A stretch of 64,000 bases of DNA from Octopus sinensis. Taxonomy: Eukaryota. The stretch covers positions 95,604,001 through 95,668,000 of the forward strand of contig NC_043000.1 in the NCBI RefSeq assembly GCF_006345805.1, given 5' to 3'. The translations under genes and the position numbers were made by a program. A model generated the notes under the pieces. That model did no database searches, was not told the DNA's origin, and saw nothing but the letters and a program-made list of their open reading frames with translations. This document shows, one piece after another, positions 41,307-52,979 of this stretch. Positions within the stretch are counted from its first letter, which is position 1. Each line of letters begins with the position of its first letter.

Positions 41307-41357
41307 AGCTTCCTGAAGATTTCTCTTGAATGAAACAGTTCTAGTCCTGTAGAAGCT
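41307..41357 (+). ncRNA. Type I hammerhead ribozyme motif (family A)
   Basis: Identical to the 30784-30834 copy; predicted cleavage after GUA at 41351. Confidence 0.75.
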
Positions 41358-41443
41358 CCTTCTATATAATAAATTAATTTTACTCTACTATGTACTGAGT
41401 ACCTTATTTACTGTGGTTAACCCCGAATCAACCCGGGACCTAC

Positions 41444-41530
<87 letters not shown>

Positions 41531-41569
41531 ATAAAGACAAGAAGTGTATTCTCATGCAGGAAAAATATA

Positions 41570-41880
41570 GGAGAATTTTTGTGGAGTTTGAAAATGCACT
41601 TGAATCTCAAAATGTGTAGCCATTCTAAAATTTTGTAATAGATCTACTCAAATACGAAACTGGTTTTGACAATTTTTTAAACTTTTAATCATTCAAATAT
41701 GTTTTTACAAATTCTACTTTGTAATTTTAAACTCTCCTAAACCCTTTAATCACTTATTTTTACTACTGAGCAAAAAAATTGTCGAAACCAGTTTGGTATT
41801 TGAATAAATCTATTATAAAATTTAAAAACATCTACATGCTTTGACACTCAGAAGTATTTTCAATCCCTGAAACAAATTCT
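41570..41880. mobile_element. MITE-like element with long imperfect terminal inverted repeats
   Basis: TTTTGTAATAGATCTACTCAAATACGAAACTGGTTTTGACAATTTTTT is mirrored at about 41772-41820. Confidence 0.6.
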
Positions 41881-41889
41881 TATATATAT

Positions 41890-42290
41890 ATATATACGAG
41901 CAAAATCTCCCACCCCGTCCAATGGATGGTGCTGAGTTGTCAAACATATAAACCAAATTTTCTCAAAACAACTTGTCCGACTGTCCCATAGGCCTCCCTT
42001 TTGAGAAACACTGATTTAACCTAAATTTGAGACACCAGCAAAAGAAGAAATAAAGATAGACTTTTTTTCTATTCCAAGAAAAACGATTTTACAAAAGCAC
42101 GTTCCCACGGCTTTATCGATCACATTCTCACCTGGAATCGATTTTTGTAATTTTTTCAAGACTTATACATGCCCTGATACCGTCGGTATCTACATATCAA
42201 ATTTGAGCGCAATCGGATGGAGGATGCCTGAGATCCTAGAAGACATACCCACACACAGACAGAACGGATTTTATATAATAGATATATATA
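41890..42290 (-). mobile_element. Probable non-autonomous Helitron; inverted partial copy at about 51070-51260
   Basis: Minus-strand start TCTATTATATAAAATCCGTTCTGTCTG resembles Helitron 5' ends; the distal 200 bp match 51070-51260 in reverse. Confidence 0.5.
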
Positions 42291-43089
42291 TATATACACA
42301 TATATATATATACACAAATATATATATGGAAGACCCTTTATATTGTGGCACCTAATTTTGGGATGGAATGCTAGACCATTTCCTGCCCCAAAGATTCCAC
42401 CTTTTCAATCTAGAGTAAGTACCTAATATTGTAACAGCTTCAGTGGCATTCTGCTTTTCAATACCGGGACCAAAAACTTCAAAGGGTCACAAGCTATGGA
42501 TGTGAACATATTCAAAGAACATTCAGACAAATTTTTATCTGAGATATCAGATGAACTCATATCACAGAAGGAATTACAAATAAGAGCAGTTTTGTCCAAC
42601 ATGCTGCTTCACCAGAATCAAATTCAGAGAGAGGATCAGGAAGGAGCTTCAAATGAACTAGCAATCAAGTTAATGGTACAGAGACTAGCATGGCTTCAGC
42701 CAGTAAAAGTGTGCATGCATGCATGTGTGTGTGTGTGTGACAGAGAGAGTATGTGTGTATGCGACAGAAAGAGAAAGTATGTGTGTGTGTATGTATTTGT
42801 GTGAGTGTATCCATCTGTATGTGTGTGTGTGTGTGTATGAGATTTTATTCAAAAGCTGGATTATCCCTCACTTAGAAGTATTAGTTTTACTATGAATCAG
42901 TTTTTCAGTATATGACTTTAATCCACTTTAATCAACAATCAAAATATTAAGAAGGATTAAAAAATTTATGGTGGGTGGGTGTGATTTATTGTCAATCTTG
43001 TGGTAATATGACCAAACAATAATCCACATTTTGAATATGAGTATTACATTCTTCATTGTTATTTAGAGTCTTCTCTTGCTTAAAATTAC

Positions 43090-43400
43090 AACACAGACAG
43101 GCACTAGGAATTTCAACCATATTTCATGGTCTGCTACCACAACAGCTCCTTTATAGGATCCAGTTAGCTCAAGACATCATCAGGAGGAACCACGTCTGGT
43201 TTCAGCCCCTACTCCTCTACCATTTTGACGTGGTGTCCACCCCCTTTCAGAGGTGTTTTCAGCTCTGGTGTTGGGTGCATGTCTTCTTTCTTCTTCTTTC
43301 TTCTGTTCTCTGGCCTCTTCGATGTAGCGTCAATGAGTGTCAGCCCCAGCAAGTTGTCATGTGACACTGTCTCAACTTTAACTGACCAATGAAGGTGCGT
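43090..43400 (-). mobile_element. Degenerate RTE-like LINE 3' fragment
   Basis: WTPQNGRGVGAETRRGS..VADHEIWLKFLVPVC resembles the WTP..GR.RGRP..W..DR..W tail. Confidence 0.4.
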
Positions 43401-43959
43401 AGTCTTAGCCGTTGGAATTAGATTTTTATCAGGCCACTACTTCTTACATTTTTTGTTGGCTTAGACCAGTGATTTCTAACATGGGGCATATGCTCCACTG
43501 CTGGGGCTTGGTGAAAATTGTGGTGTGGCCTGTGATCCAAAATTGTTCTATTTATTTTAGTCCTATTTGGGTGAGTGTGGCTTTAGTGCTGTTAACGATT
43601 TGCTTCAAGCCTGAAAAATGTCAAGGAAATCTGCATTGTCACCAGGCACAAGGCTCTCATTAAAGTGATTTAATTTTTGTTTTCTTAGTCAATAATGTAT
43701 TTTTCTTTTGTTTTTTTTAATTTATGCACCCTTTTCAAGCCTAACCAGGCTCATGGGCCTGGTTTCCTGGTTGCTGTGGCGTATGTGTTCCCCCCAGCTG
43801 GGCGAGACGCCAGTCCATCACAGCTTTACTCAAGAAATAGGAAGAGAGAGTGAGAGAAAGGTGGAGCAAAAGAGTACAACAGGGGTCGCCTTGTGGAGCT
43901 TTAAGTGTTTTCGCTCAATAAACACACACAATACCCGGTCGGAGCCGCATCATACCATT

Positions 43960-44480
43960 TTTCTTTGTGGCTAAGCAGTGTAAGCATTGCTGCTCCACTA
44001 CCAATGTGCACCAAAGAAGAACAAAGAGCAGTGATAGTGATCCAATTTCTCTGGTTGAAAGGTGTGTCAGGTGCTGAAATTCATCAGAGGCTTTTAGCAC
44101 AATATGGAGATAGCGCACTACTGTATAGAAGTGTGTATGAGTGGATCGAGACATTTAAATGTGGCCAGACAAGTATGATACATGAAGAGGAAGCAGGACA
44201 CCTGTCAACCTGCACCACTGATGAGAAAATTCAGCAATTTCAAGAGATGGTAATGGTGAACCAGTTCACCATTACCATCTCTTGGATCACTACTCTTTGT
44301 TCTTCTTTGGTGCATATTGTTAGTGGAGTGGCCATGTTTACACTGTAAAACCAGAAAGAAAAATGATGCAATCAGGCTTGAACTTCGATCACATGACCAC
44401 AATAGTACCAACTATAAGCGTGCATGCACAGAAGCCAGTGTGACAATAATTAAGATGTTATGGCAAAAGTGCAGATAATA
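43960..44480 (+). mobile_element. Mariner transposase N-terminal fragment
   Basis: EQRAVI..FLWLKGVSGAEIHQRLLAQYGDSAL..RSVYEWIETFK; TIR-like end TACTTTACTTCCCTTCGTA. Confidence 0.7.
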
Positions 44481-46065
44481 CTTTACTTCCCTTCGTATAT
44501 ATTGTGTGTGTGCATGCATGTGTGTGTGCATGTGTGTGTGTGCATGCATGCATGTGTGAATGCGTGCGTGTATGAATGCATGTATGTATGTGTGCATGTG
44601 TGCATGCGTGTGTGTGTGTACATGCGTGCATGTGTGCATGCATGGGTGTGTGCGTGCGTGCGTGTGTGCATGCATGCGTGTGTGCATGCGTGCGTGTGTG
44701 CATGTGTGCGTGTGTGCATGCATGCGTGTGTGCATGCGTGCGTGCATATGTGTGTACAACCAAGCCTGTACATATAGGATCCTGAAGATGATTTAGAGGA
44801 TGGATATAGTAGCTCATCAATGGAGGTGTGCAGAAGGGCTATGGATTTCAAAGGAGGAAGAGTCAATGGCACATGATCACAAAAATAGAAAAATAAATAA
44901 ATCGATGATTACTTGATGAACCAAGCTTTTGGGGGTTGCTGCCTCCTTGGCATCCAGACCACATTCTTAGCACCCCGCTCCCAATCACCACCACAAACAT
45001 ACACCACTTTCTGCAGCAAATTCAAAACTATGTTTCACAATTAAAACTTAATCTAATTAACCCACTATTTTGGGGTTTTTTTTTCACATCCATTGACCCT
45101 TTTTAGCTACTCCATTATTGCCCCACCTTAGATCTTTCCACAGCTCAATTTGGGAACTGTTCTAGAGTACACACTGAAGTTGGACAACTCCTATAGAGTG
45201 AAGGCACATGGCTAAATAGTTAGGGTATTCGGCTCACGATCATAAAGTTCTGAGTTCAATTCCTGGTGACATGTTGTGTCCTAGAGCAAGATACTTTATT
45301 TCACATTGATCCAGTCCACTCAGCGGACGAAAATGAGTAGTACTTGTATTTCAAAGGGTCAGCCTTGTCACACTCTGTATCATGCCAGTAAACCACATTA
45401 AAAGTACACATAACTGTGGAGTGCTCAGCCACATGCACATCAATTTCACAAGCAGGCTGTTCCATTGATCAGATCAACTAGAAAATTTATTTCCTATAGA
45501 AAACAGCAGCAAATGTAGTCAAGAAGCTGGACACAACTCACCACCTTCTGCCTACAGAAGATCCTCAAAGACAAGAGAGGATTACAAATGAGAGAATTCG
45601 CTGAAACAAATCCCAGTTGTTGTAAAACAGCATGGCACTGCATTGGTTTCATCTGGCTGGTCATATTTTGCTGTTGTGAGTGACACATCAGGCAAAGACT
45701 GCAATGACATGGACACCAGAAAAAAGAAAACAAGAATAGGATTGATCCAAGTACATCTGGAGCTGGATGTTCTAGAGAAACCTCCAAGATACACAAAGTG
45801 CAGTTGGGCAGATGCCCTGGGAACTGTGTCAGATTAACTGTGCTTGAAGAAGCTTACTGTTTTATGTGTATCACAATGTGGGAGAACTTAAGTCTGAATC
45901 TAATAGTCTAATAGTCTGATAATTGTTTTTCTCACAGACAGTGCCCAACTGAGCCTACAACACTGTGTAGTCAACAAAATCAAAAACAAACAATGCACAT
46001 GCACAAAATTAAAATTATAAAATGGTGACAATTTACTCATTGCACCCTGTATATATATATATATG

Positions 46066-46160
<95 letters not shown>

Positions 46161-47639
46161 CATCATCATCAGCCGCAGCAACAGCAGCACTACTATCACC
46201 ACCACCACCACCACCACCACCACCATCATCATCATTGTTCACTTTCCATACTTGGACGGTGGTATTTATTGAAGCAGATTTTCAACAGTCAGATGCCTTC
46301 CCTATTGCCAATCCTGGCCTGTTTCCAAACAATGTAACATTTCCCCACAGCCAGACATGGTTTTGTAAAACATTGAAAATGAATGACTCTGTTTGTATGA
46401 TGGACACTCATTCACACCTATCACACAATATTAAGACAAGGAGATTCAAACATACCCACCCCCCACAGAGACATATGTCCTCATATCATCAACATTGTCG
46501 TCGTCGTCATTGTAATATAACATCCATATTCCATGCTGGCATGGATAGGAGAGTTTGACAGGATCCAATGAGCCTGACGACAGTGCCAAACTTCAATGGC
46601 AGCTTTGACATGGTTTCTATGGCTTGATGCCCTTCATAATGCCAGCCACCTCACAAAGTGTACTGGGTGATTTTTTTTATGTGGCACCAGCATTTATGAA
46701 GCCACCAAGTAACTTGCAAGACAATACTCAACTGAGGGCTGGGTAGCATTGAAGGAGGTGGCTTTATGCCAGGTGACAAAAGGTTAAAGTATGATAGAGC
46801 AGAAACAGATGTCTTGTAGTAGAGGAGGTATATGGTTAGCCCAGAGGGAAAGGAAAGAATATGGTAAGTTAGAAGGTGACAGAACAGAAGTGATCCAGAG
46901 GATTGGACAGGGTAAATGGGTAGCTAAGTTTATGTGTGAAAGGAAAGTGGACAGATGGATAGAGATAAAGACAGAGGTAAATGCAATGAATAGTGAACAT
47001 GAGTAGAGAAATCATTAATAGTGAATACTAGCTTGGAAAAGGAAATAGAACTAGAACAGGGAGATGATTGGTGACAGTAAATATATATATATATGTGTGT
47101 GTGTATGTGTGTGTGTGTATGTATATATATTTTTAAATTCTTTTATTTGTTTCAGTAATTTGACTGTACCCATGCTAGAGCACCACCTTTAGCCGAATGA
47201 ATCGACCCCAGGGCTTATTCTTTGTAAGCTTAGTTCATATCCTATCGATCTCTTTCGCCAAACTGCTAAGATATGGGGATGTAAACACACCAACATTGGT
47301 TGTCAAGCAATAGTAGGGGAACAAACACAGACACACAAACAGATACATACATATATATATATATACGATGGGCTTCTTTCAGTTTCTGTTTACCAAATCC
47401 ACTCGCAAATCTTTGGTCAGCCTGAGGCTACAGTAGAAGACACTTGCCCAAGGTGCCACGCTGTGGGACTGAAGCTGGAACCATGTGGTTGGTAAGCAAG
47501 CTACTTACCACTCAGGAATTCGGAAAATGGAGATATAATTGATGAATAACAATTGATTTACATCAATTATCATTTATTAATTAATTACAAAAAGACTTTT
47601 CACTCTCATATAGGTATAAACTTATATTTCTTTCAATAG

Positions 47640-48880
47640 TATCAGGTCATCCCATAAGTTCTGTCCGATTTTACCGTTTTTAAAATTGAATGAAATCTAA
47701 TAGTATTTTAGAATGTCTCATGGAATTAAAAATTATTTTTATTCATTTGTGTACATTTAAACTAATTAAATAGAATTTTACAGAATAATAGAATTAAAAT
47801 TTCTTTGATTAAAACTGTTTCTAGCATGGAAGTATCCAAAGAGCATTTAAGGCATATAACGCTTTATGAGTACAAAACAGGAAACTCTGCTGCCGAAGCG
47901 ACTCGAAACATACACTCAGTTTAAGGTAAAGAATGCTTGAATGAAAGAACTTGCAGAAGATGGTTTGCAAAATTCAGAAGTGGAGATTTCAGCCTTGAAG
48001 ATGAAGATCAAACAGGGTGTCCAGTTGAGTTTGATGATAAGCTCCTTGAGGCATTACTTGAAGAAAATCTTGCATTATCAGTTGAAGAATTGGCAATAAA
48101 GCTTAGTTCAAACCATACAACTGTTCATCGTCATCTTCAACAACTTGGAAAATTTCCTAAACTTGGAAAATGAATTGTCCAAAAGCATCAGCAAATCCTG
48201 AGTTGACATCTCTCCATTCTCGCGAACTCATTTCACTCTTATTGGATAGACTTGTGACTGGTGACGAAAATGGGTCTTCTTTCGAAATGTTAAACATTGT
48301 AAACGGTAGCTTGCTAAAAGGGAAAAAGCTCAAACACAACCAAGAAGGGAACTTCATGGAAAAAAGGTTCTTCTCTCTATCTGGTGGAATTGCAAGGGAG
48401 TAATTCACTTTGAATTGTTACCACCTGATGCAACAATCAATGCTCAAGTCTACTGTCAGCAATTAGAGCATTTGAACCAAGCTTTGTAGAAAAAAATGAC
48501 CTGCTTTAGTGAATCAAAAAAGAGTGATGTTTCATCAGGATGATACGTGACCCCACACAACACATCACAGAAGATTAAAGAGCTTGGTTGGGAAAAAATT
48601 TCCTCATCCACCTTATTCTCCCAACCTTGCTCCTTCAGACTACCATTTGTTTCTTAGTTTGCAGAATCATTTGGGGACATAACTTTCACAAGCCCAGAGG
48701 AGTTCAAAACTGACATTTCAGAGTTAATTGCTTTGAAGCCAAAAGAGTTTTACATTGATGGGATTAAGTCATAGATAATCCAGGAAAGTACATTGATGAT
48801 TAAATTTCAATTAAATATAACATTTGATCACTTGTTTTCTTTATTCAAAATTCGAACAGAACTTATAGGATGACCTGATA
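47640..48880 (+). mobile_element. Mariner (DD34D) transposon, same family as 14406-15625, TA-flanked with both TIRs
   Basis: TATCAGGTCATCCCATAAGTTCTGTCCGA...TCGAACAGAACTTATAGGATGACCTGATA; MEVSKEHLRHI..LVTGDE..SPNLAPSDYHLF with stops. Confidence 0.92.
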
Positions 48881-49404
48881 ATTTACACAGCTATATATTT
48901 ATGTGTGCACATGAATATATTTCTATATCTATATGGCTATTTGTGGATACACAAGTACATCCATGGATGTATGTATGTAGACTTATGAGTACCCATATGT
49001 GTGTGAAGGGGTGCAGCAAGATAAATATATACATGCACTGTTATACACACCACCCTCCTAGATTCTAGCTAGTCCCCTTGACCACCCCTTTTTTGATATC
49101 TGATAAACTCTATAATCCACTTTATTTTACTTTTGATATTTACCAAAACAATTTAGTCATTTTCACTCACGATGATGATGATACAAAAAATGTATGGGAA
49201 TGTGTATGTATGTATATATATATAAATATATATTAGGAAGGGCATCCAGCTGTAGAAACACTGCCAGATCTGACTGGCCTGGTGCAGCCTTCGGGCTCCC
49301 CAGACCCCAGTTGAACCGTCCAACCCATGCTAGCATGGAAAGCGGACGTTAAATGATGATGGTGATGATGATGATGATACTTTATTGAAAAGCAGCAAAA
49401 ATAT

Positions 49405-49457
49405 CACAAAAACTGTTACTCAGAGTTTCTCGTTTTTGTTCATCGGACAGTTTTGTG
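49405..49457 (-). ncRNA. Degenerate minimal hammerhead motif (family C)
   Basis: AAAACTGT CCGATGA ACAAAAACGA GAAA CTCTGAG TA ACAGTTTT: 8-bp stem I, U4C core change, decayed stem II. Confidence 0.5.
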
Positions 49458-51374
49458 TGGAATGGAACAGAAACAAGGTTATACGCAAATATATACACTA
49501 AGCTTAATGGATAAACAAAATGGTTTTGTTTCATTGGTCCTTTCAACCAACGGTCTTTACAATGACTGGTAGCATGCAATGAACAAATATCAGTATAAAA
49601 TCATCTTATTATAAAAGATGTTTATAAATATATAGGGTAAATAATTATTAGTAAAATATAAAATATAAATCAATTAATACATTAAAAGTTATATACAATT
49701 TAAAAATTTTAAATTTTCACGTTGGATTACATATACATTTAGCAGCATATGTACATACTAAACCATACATATATACACTAAAACGTACAGACGTGTGTGT
49801 GTGTGTGTGTGTGTGTATTTGTGTATGTTTGTGTATGTATATAAAAATATATATTATAACATTGTTTATTGGAGTGTGTAATATTATAAATTAGATATAG
49901 CCCACTCATCTATGCATGTTGCATAACATAATTTAACAGTGGCTATACTTTCTTAACCTCTAGTGACATACATACATAAGCATCGAAATTACTTGATAAA
50001 TCAATAATTGCCTCCCCTTAACCACAAATACTCATCACTGTCCCATTCCACTTTATACATTTCTAACACTCACTGATACAAGCAACGCATGGCCCCTTCC
50101 AGCATATATCCATTATTTACCTTTTTTACTCCAGCGAGTAACGGTGTCTTTATGGCCAGCCTTTTGTGTTTGAAAATTAACTGACCAATAGTATATTCTA
50201 ACTGTCCAGACCTATCCTACTCCAGACCCAGGGATGTTTCAGGTATACTGCATACTTATAATAATAAGTAAAATACATACAAAATCAATAAATAATAAAT
50301 TATAGTCAACTGTTATTACTTAGTTCTATAACTACCAGTGTTTTGAATTATATTTCTTACTTTTTTATTTTATTTTTTGACTTAACCAATTTGCTCATAT
50401 AGTTATTATATATTTAACCCATGCCTTCCTTCCATATACTGGAATGTATCACTAAATATTATAACTACCCCTATTTTATTTCTAAATTCTAGTCAGTCGA
50501 ATATTTCACAGTGGGTCAGCATGTAGCATCAACTGATTATCACCATTCTCACTTTCTCCTTTTTCTTCTTTTCCTTTTTGTCTATTTTATTTACTTTTCT
50601 GCTTTGATTCAAATTGGTATAACTAATAGCTTACAATGATAACTATTATTATCATTGTTGTGGTTAAACTAGAGAATCACTCTAATGGAAACAGCTGTAA
50701 GTTGAGATTCTGTCTTTTTGTAATTAATTAATAAATGATAATTGATGTAAATCAATTGTTATTCATCAACTGTATTTCCATTTTTTGATTTCCTTGAATA
50801 TTGATAAACTTTAGTTTATTTTTGTCATTACCTATCATTTATGAGCATTAATACCAAAAAAGGTGAGAATGCGATCGATAAAGCCGTTTTTGTCCTGCTT
50901 TTCTTGTCAACCTGTACATAACTGCACCTTCTATTTTTTGTTGTTTTTGTACTGCTTAAAGGCACGTTTCTTTCCTGCCAAGCTTACTATTTAAACCATG
51001 TTTGTGTTCTCCCAGTCAACAGCCTTATCATTACTGGTACTTTAAACTCTTCGGTTGCATATTTGTGTGAATAAAATCGTTTTTCTTTGGAATAGAAAAA
51101 AGTCTATCTTTATTTCTTCCTTTGGTGGTGTCTCGAATTTAAGTTAAATCAGTGTTTCTCAAAGAGGAGGCCTATGGAATGGTCGGACAAGTTGTTTTGA
51201 GAAAATTTGGTTTAAATGTTCGACAACTCAGCACCGTCCATTGGACCAAGGTCGTTTTTCTCATATATGATAATAATAATAATAATCATAATAATAATAA
51301 TAATATTAGGGAATATTTCTTACAAGATTATAGACGTATATTTATTTATTTAATTATTTTATTGTTTTTATCTT

Positions 51375-51457
51375 GGACCTGAAGAGTGACTATATTTAAA
51401 TTGAATTGATTTTAATGTTTTCAGTTTGAAAATATAGCCACAAAACACGTGTAGTGC
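51375..51457 (+). ncRNA. Degenerate hammerhead (CACGTG-loop type)
   Basis: GGAC CTGAAGA GTGACTATATTT..AAATATAGCCAC AAAA C ACGT G TA GTGC; G12 is mutated to A. Confidence 0.55.
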
Positions 51458-51732
51458 TTTTACAATTATATACTTTTTATTTATATTTTATACTTTACTT
51501 AATTATTGGTATATGTTTTTTATCGTATATCTAATTCTTTCGATATGGTATAATTTAATTATATCATTGTTATTTCATTGTTGAATTGATAAAAGGTGGT
51601 TCTTCTCTATATATGTATGTATATGTATGTATGTATGTATGTATATATGGATATATATTAGAAGGTTTGGAGATGCTATATGGATATATTTATACATACA
51701 TTTATACATATATATATATATATATACTTATT

Positions 51733-51771
<39 letters not shown>

Positions 51772-51855
51772 TTATATATATATGGATTAAATATACCTAT
51801 ATATATGGATACATACATACATACATACATACACACACATATATATATATATATA

Positions 51856-51911
<56 letters not shown>

Positions 51912-52244
51912 TATAGCCTCATGCTGACCAAAGCCTTCTCAGTGGATTTTGTCCCAGGAAACTGAAAGAAGACTGTCGTAAATAGATGTATATTTGTGTG
52001 TGTATGTGTGTATGTGTGTGCGTGCGTGTGCGTGTGTGTTTGTGTTTGTACCTCCACCATCGCTCAACAACCAATGTTACTGTGCTTGCGTCTCCGTAAC
52101 TAACTTAGCCTTTTGGCAAAAGACACTGATAGAATAGGTACGAGGCTTATAAAGAATAAATCCTGTTGTCGATTTGTTCGACTAAAGGTGGTGATCCAGC
52201 ATGGCCGCAGTCACATTACTGAAAGAAGTAAAACAATTAAAAAA

Positions 52245-52290
52245 AACTATGCCATTTTAATCCCGAGCAACGCCGGGTATCTCTGCTCGT
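52245..52290 (+). mobile_element. Helitron 3'-end remnant
   Basis: Same hairpin CCCGAGCAACGCCGGG as at 1952-1967, followed by CTCG-T. Confidence 0.6.
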
Positions 52291-52319
52291 ATGTGTGTGT
52301 GTGTGTGTGTATGTGTGTA

Positions 52320-52353
<34 letters not shown>

Positions 52354-52901
52354 TGTGCGTGTGCGTGCGTGCCTGTGTGCACGGTCAGAAATATGTGTGT
52401 ACATAGTTTTGAATCGAATCATGCATATTCATACAAATACTCAGTGAAGAGGGACATGTTTGTAAATACACTTATATAAGAGTTGACTTACACACACACA
52501 CACATACGTGCGATACACACTCACATACACACAACCACAGACACACACACACATCAAGCATGTACGAAAGTAAGTCTTTATTAATATATAATCGATACAA
52601 ATTTAATTATATCAATGAATTTGCAGTAACATAATTCCTATCATCAATAAATAGATTTTATTTTTAAATTCGAAACTACTTTTATAAAGAAACAAACAAA
52701 AAAATACTGTTATTATTGTTTATGTCGTAACTGTTGTCATTCATGTTCATTTACCAAGAATCGGGTCACCTATTCTTAGTTCTGGCCCAGGAACGTCTTC
52801 GCGGTGCGTGTGACTGTCGCTTCTTCGCTCTCTCCCATTCATTCTTTCATAGTCAACCTGTTCGTTTTCTCTCCTTCCCACTGTGTGGAATTTCGTTTAA
52901 C

Positions 52902-52979
52902 ATGACCGATGTTTTAAATTATGAATTTAATCCGGATGAGGATTATTATAAAATACTTGGATGTCACCAGCTTTCCACG
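52902..52979 (+). CDS. DNAJC12: DnaJ homolog subfamily C member 12 (JDP1), first coding exon
   Basis: MTDVLNYEFNPDEDYYKILGCHQLST followed by a GTAAGG donor (phase 0) matches human MDAILNYRSEDTEDYYTLLGCDELSS in both sequence and 26-codon length; CpG-rich 5' flank. Confidence 0.9.

Larger units (their letters stand above)
30697..41444. mobile_element. Large fold-back composite of Penelope-like pseudo-LTR units, flanked by (TA)n
   Basis: 30697-about 31770 is the reverse complement of about 40290-41444; a third copy lies at 36780-37920; contains hammerheads, palindromes and PLE ORF remnants; spans the assembly gap. Confidence 0.75.
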
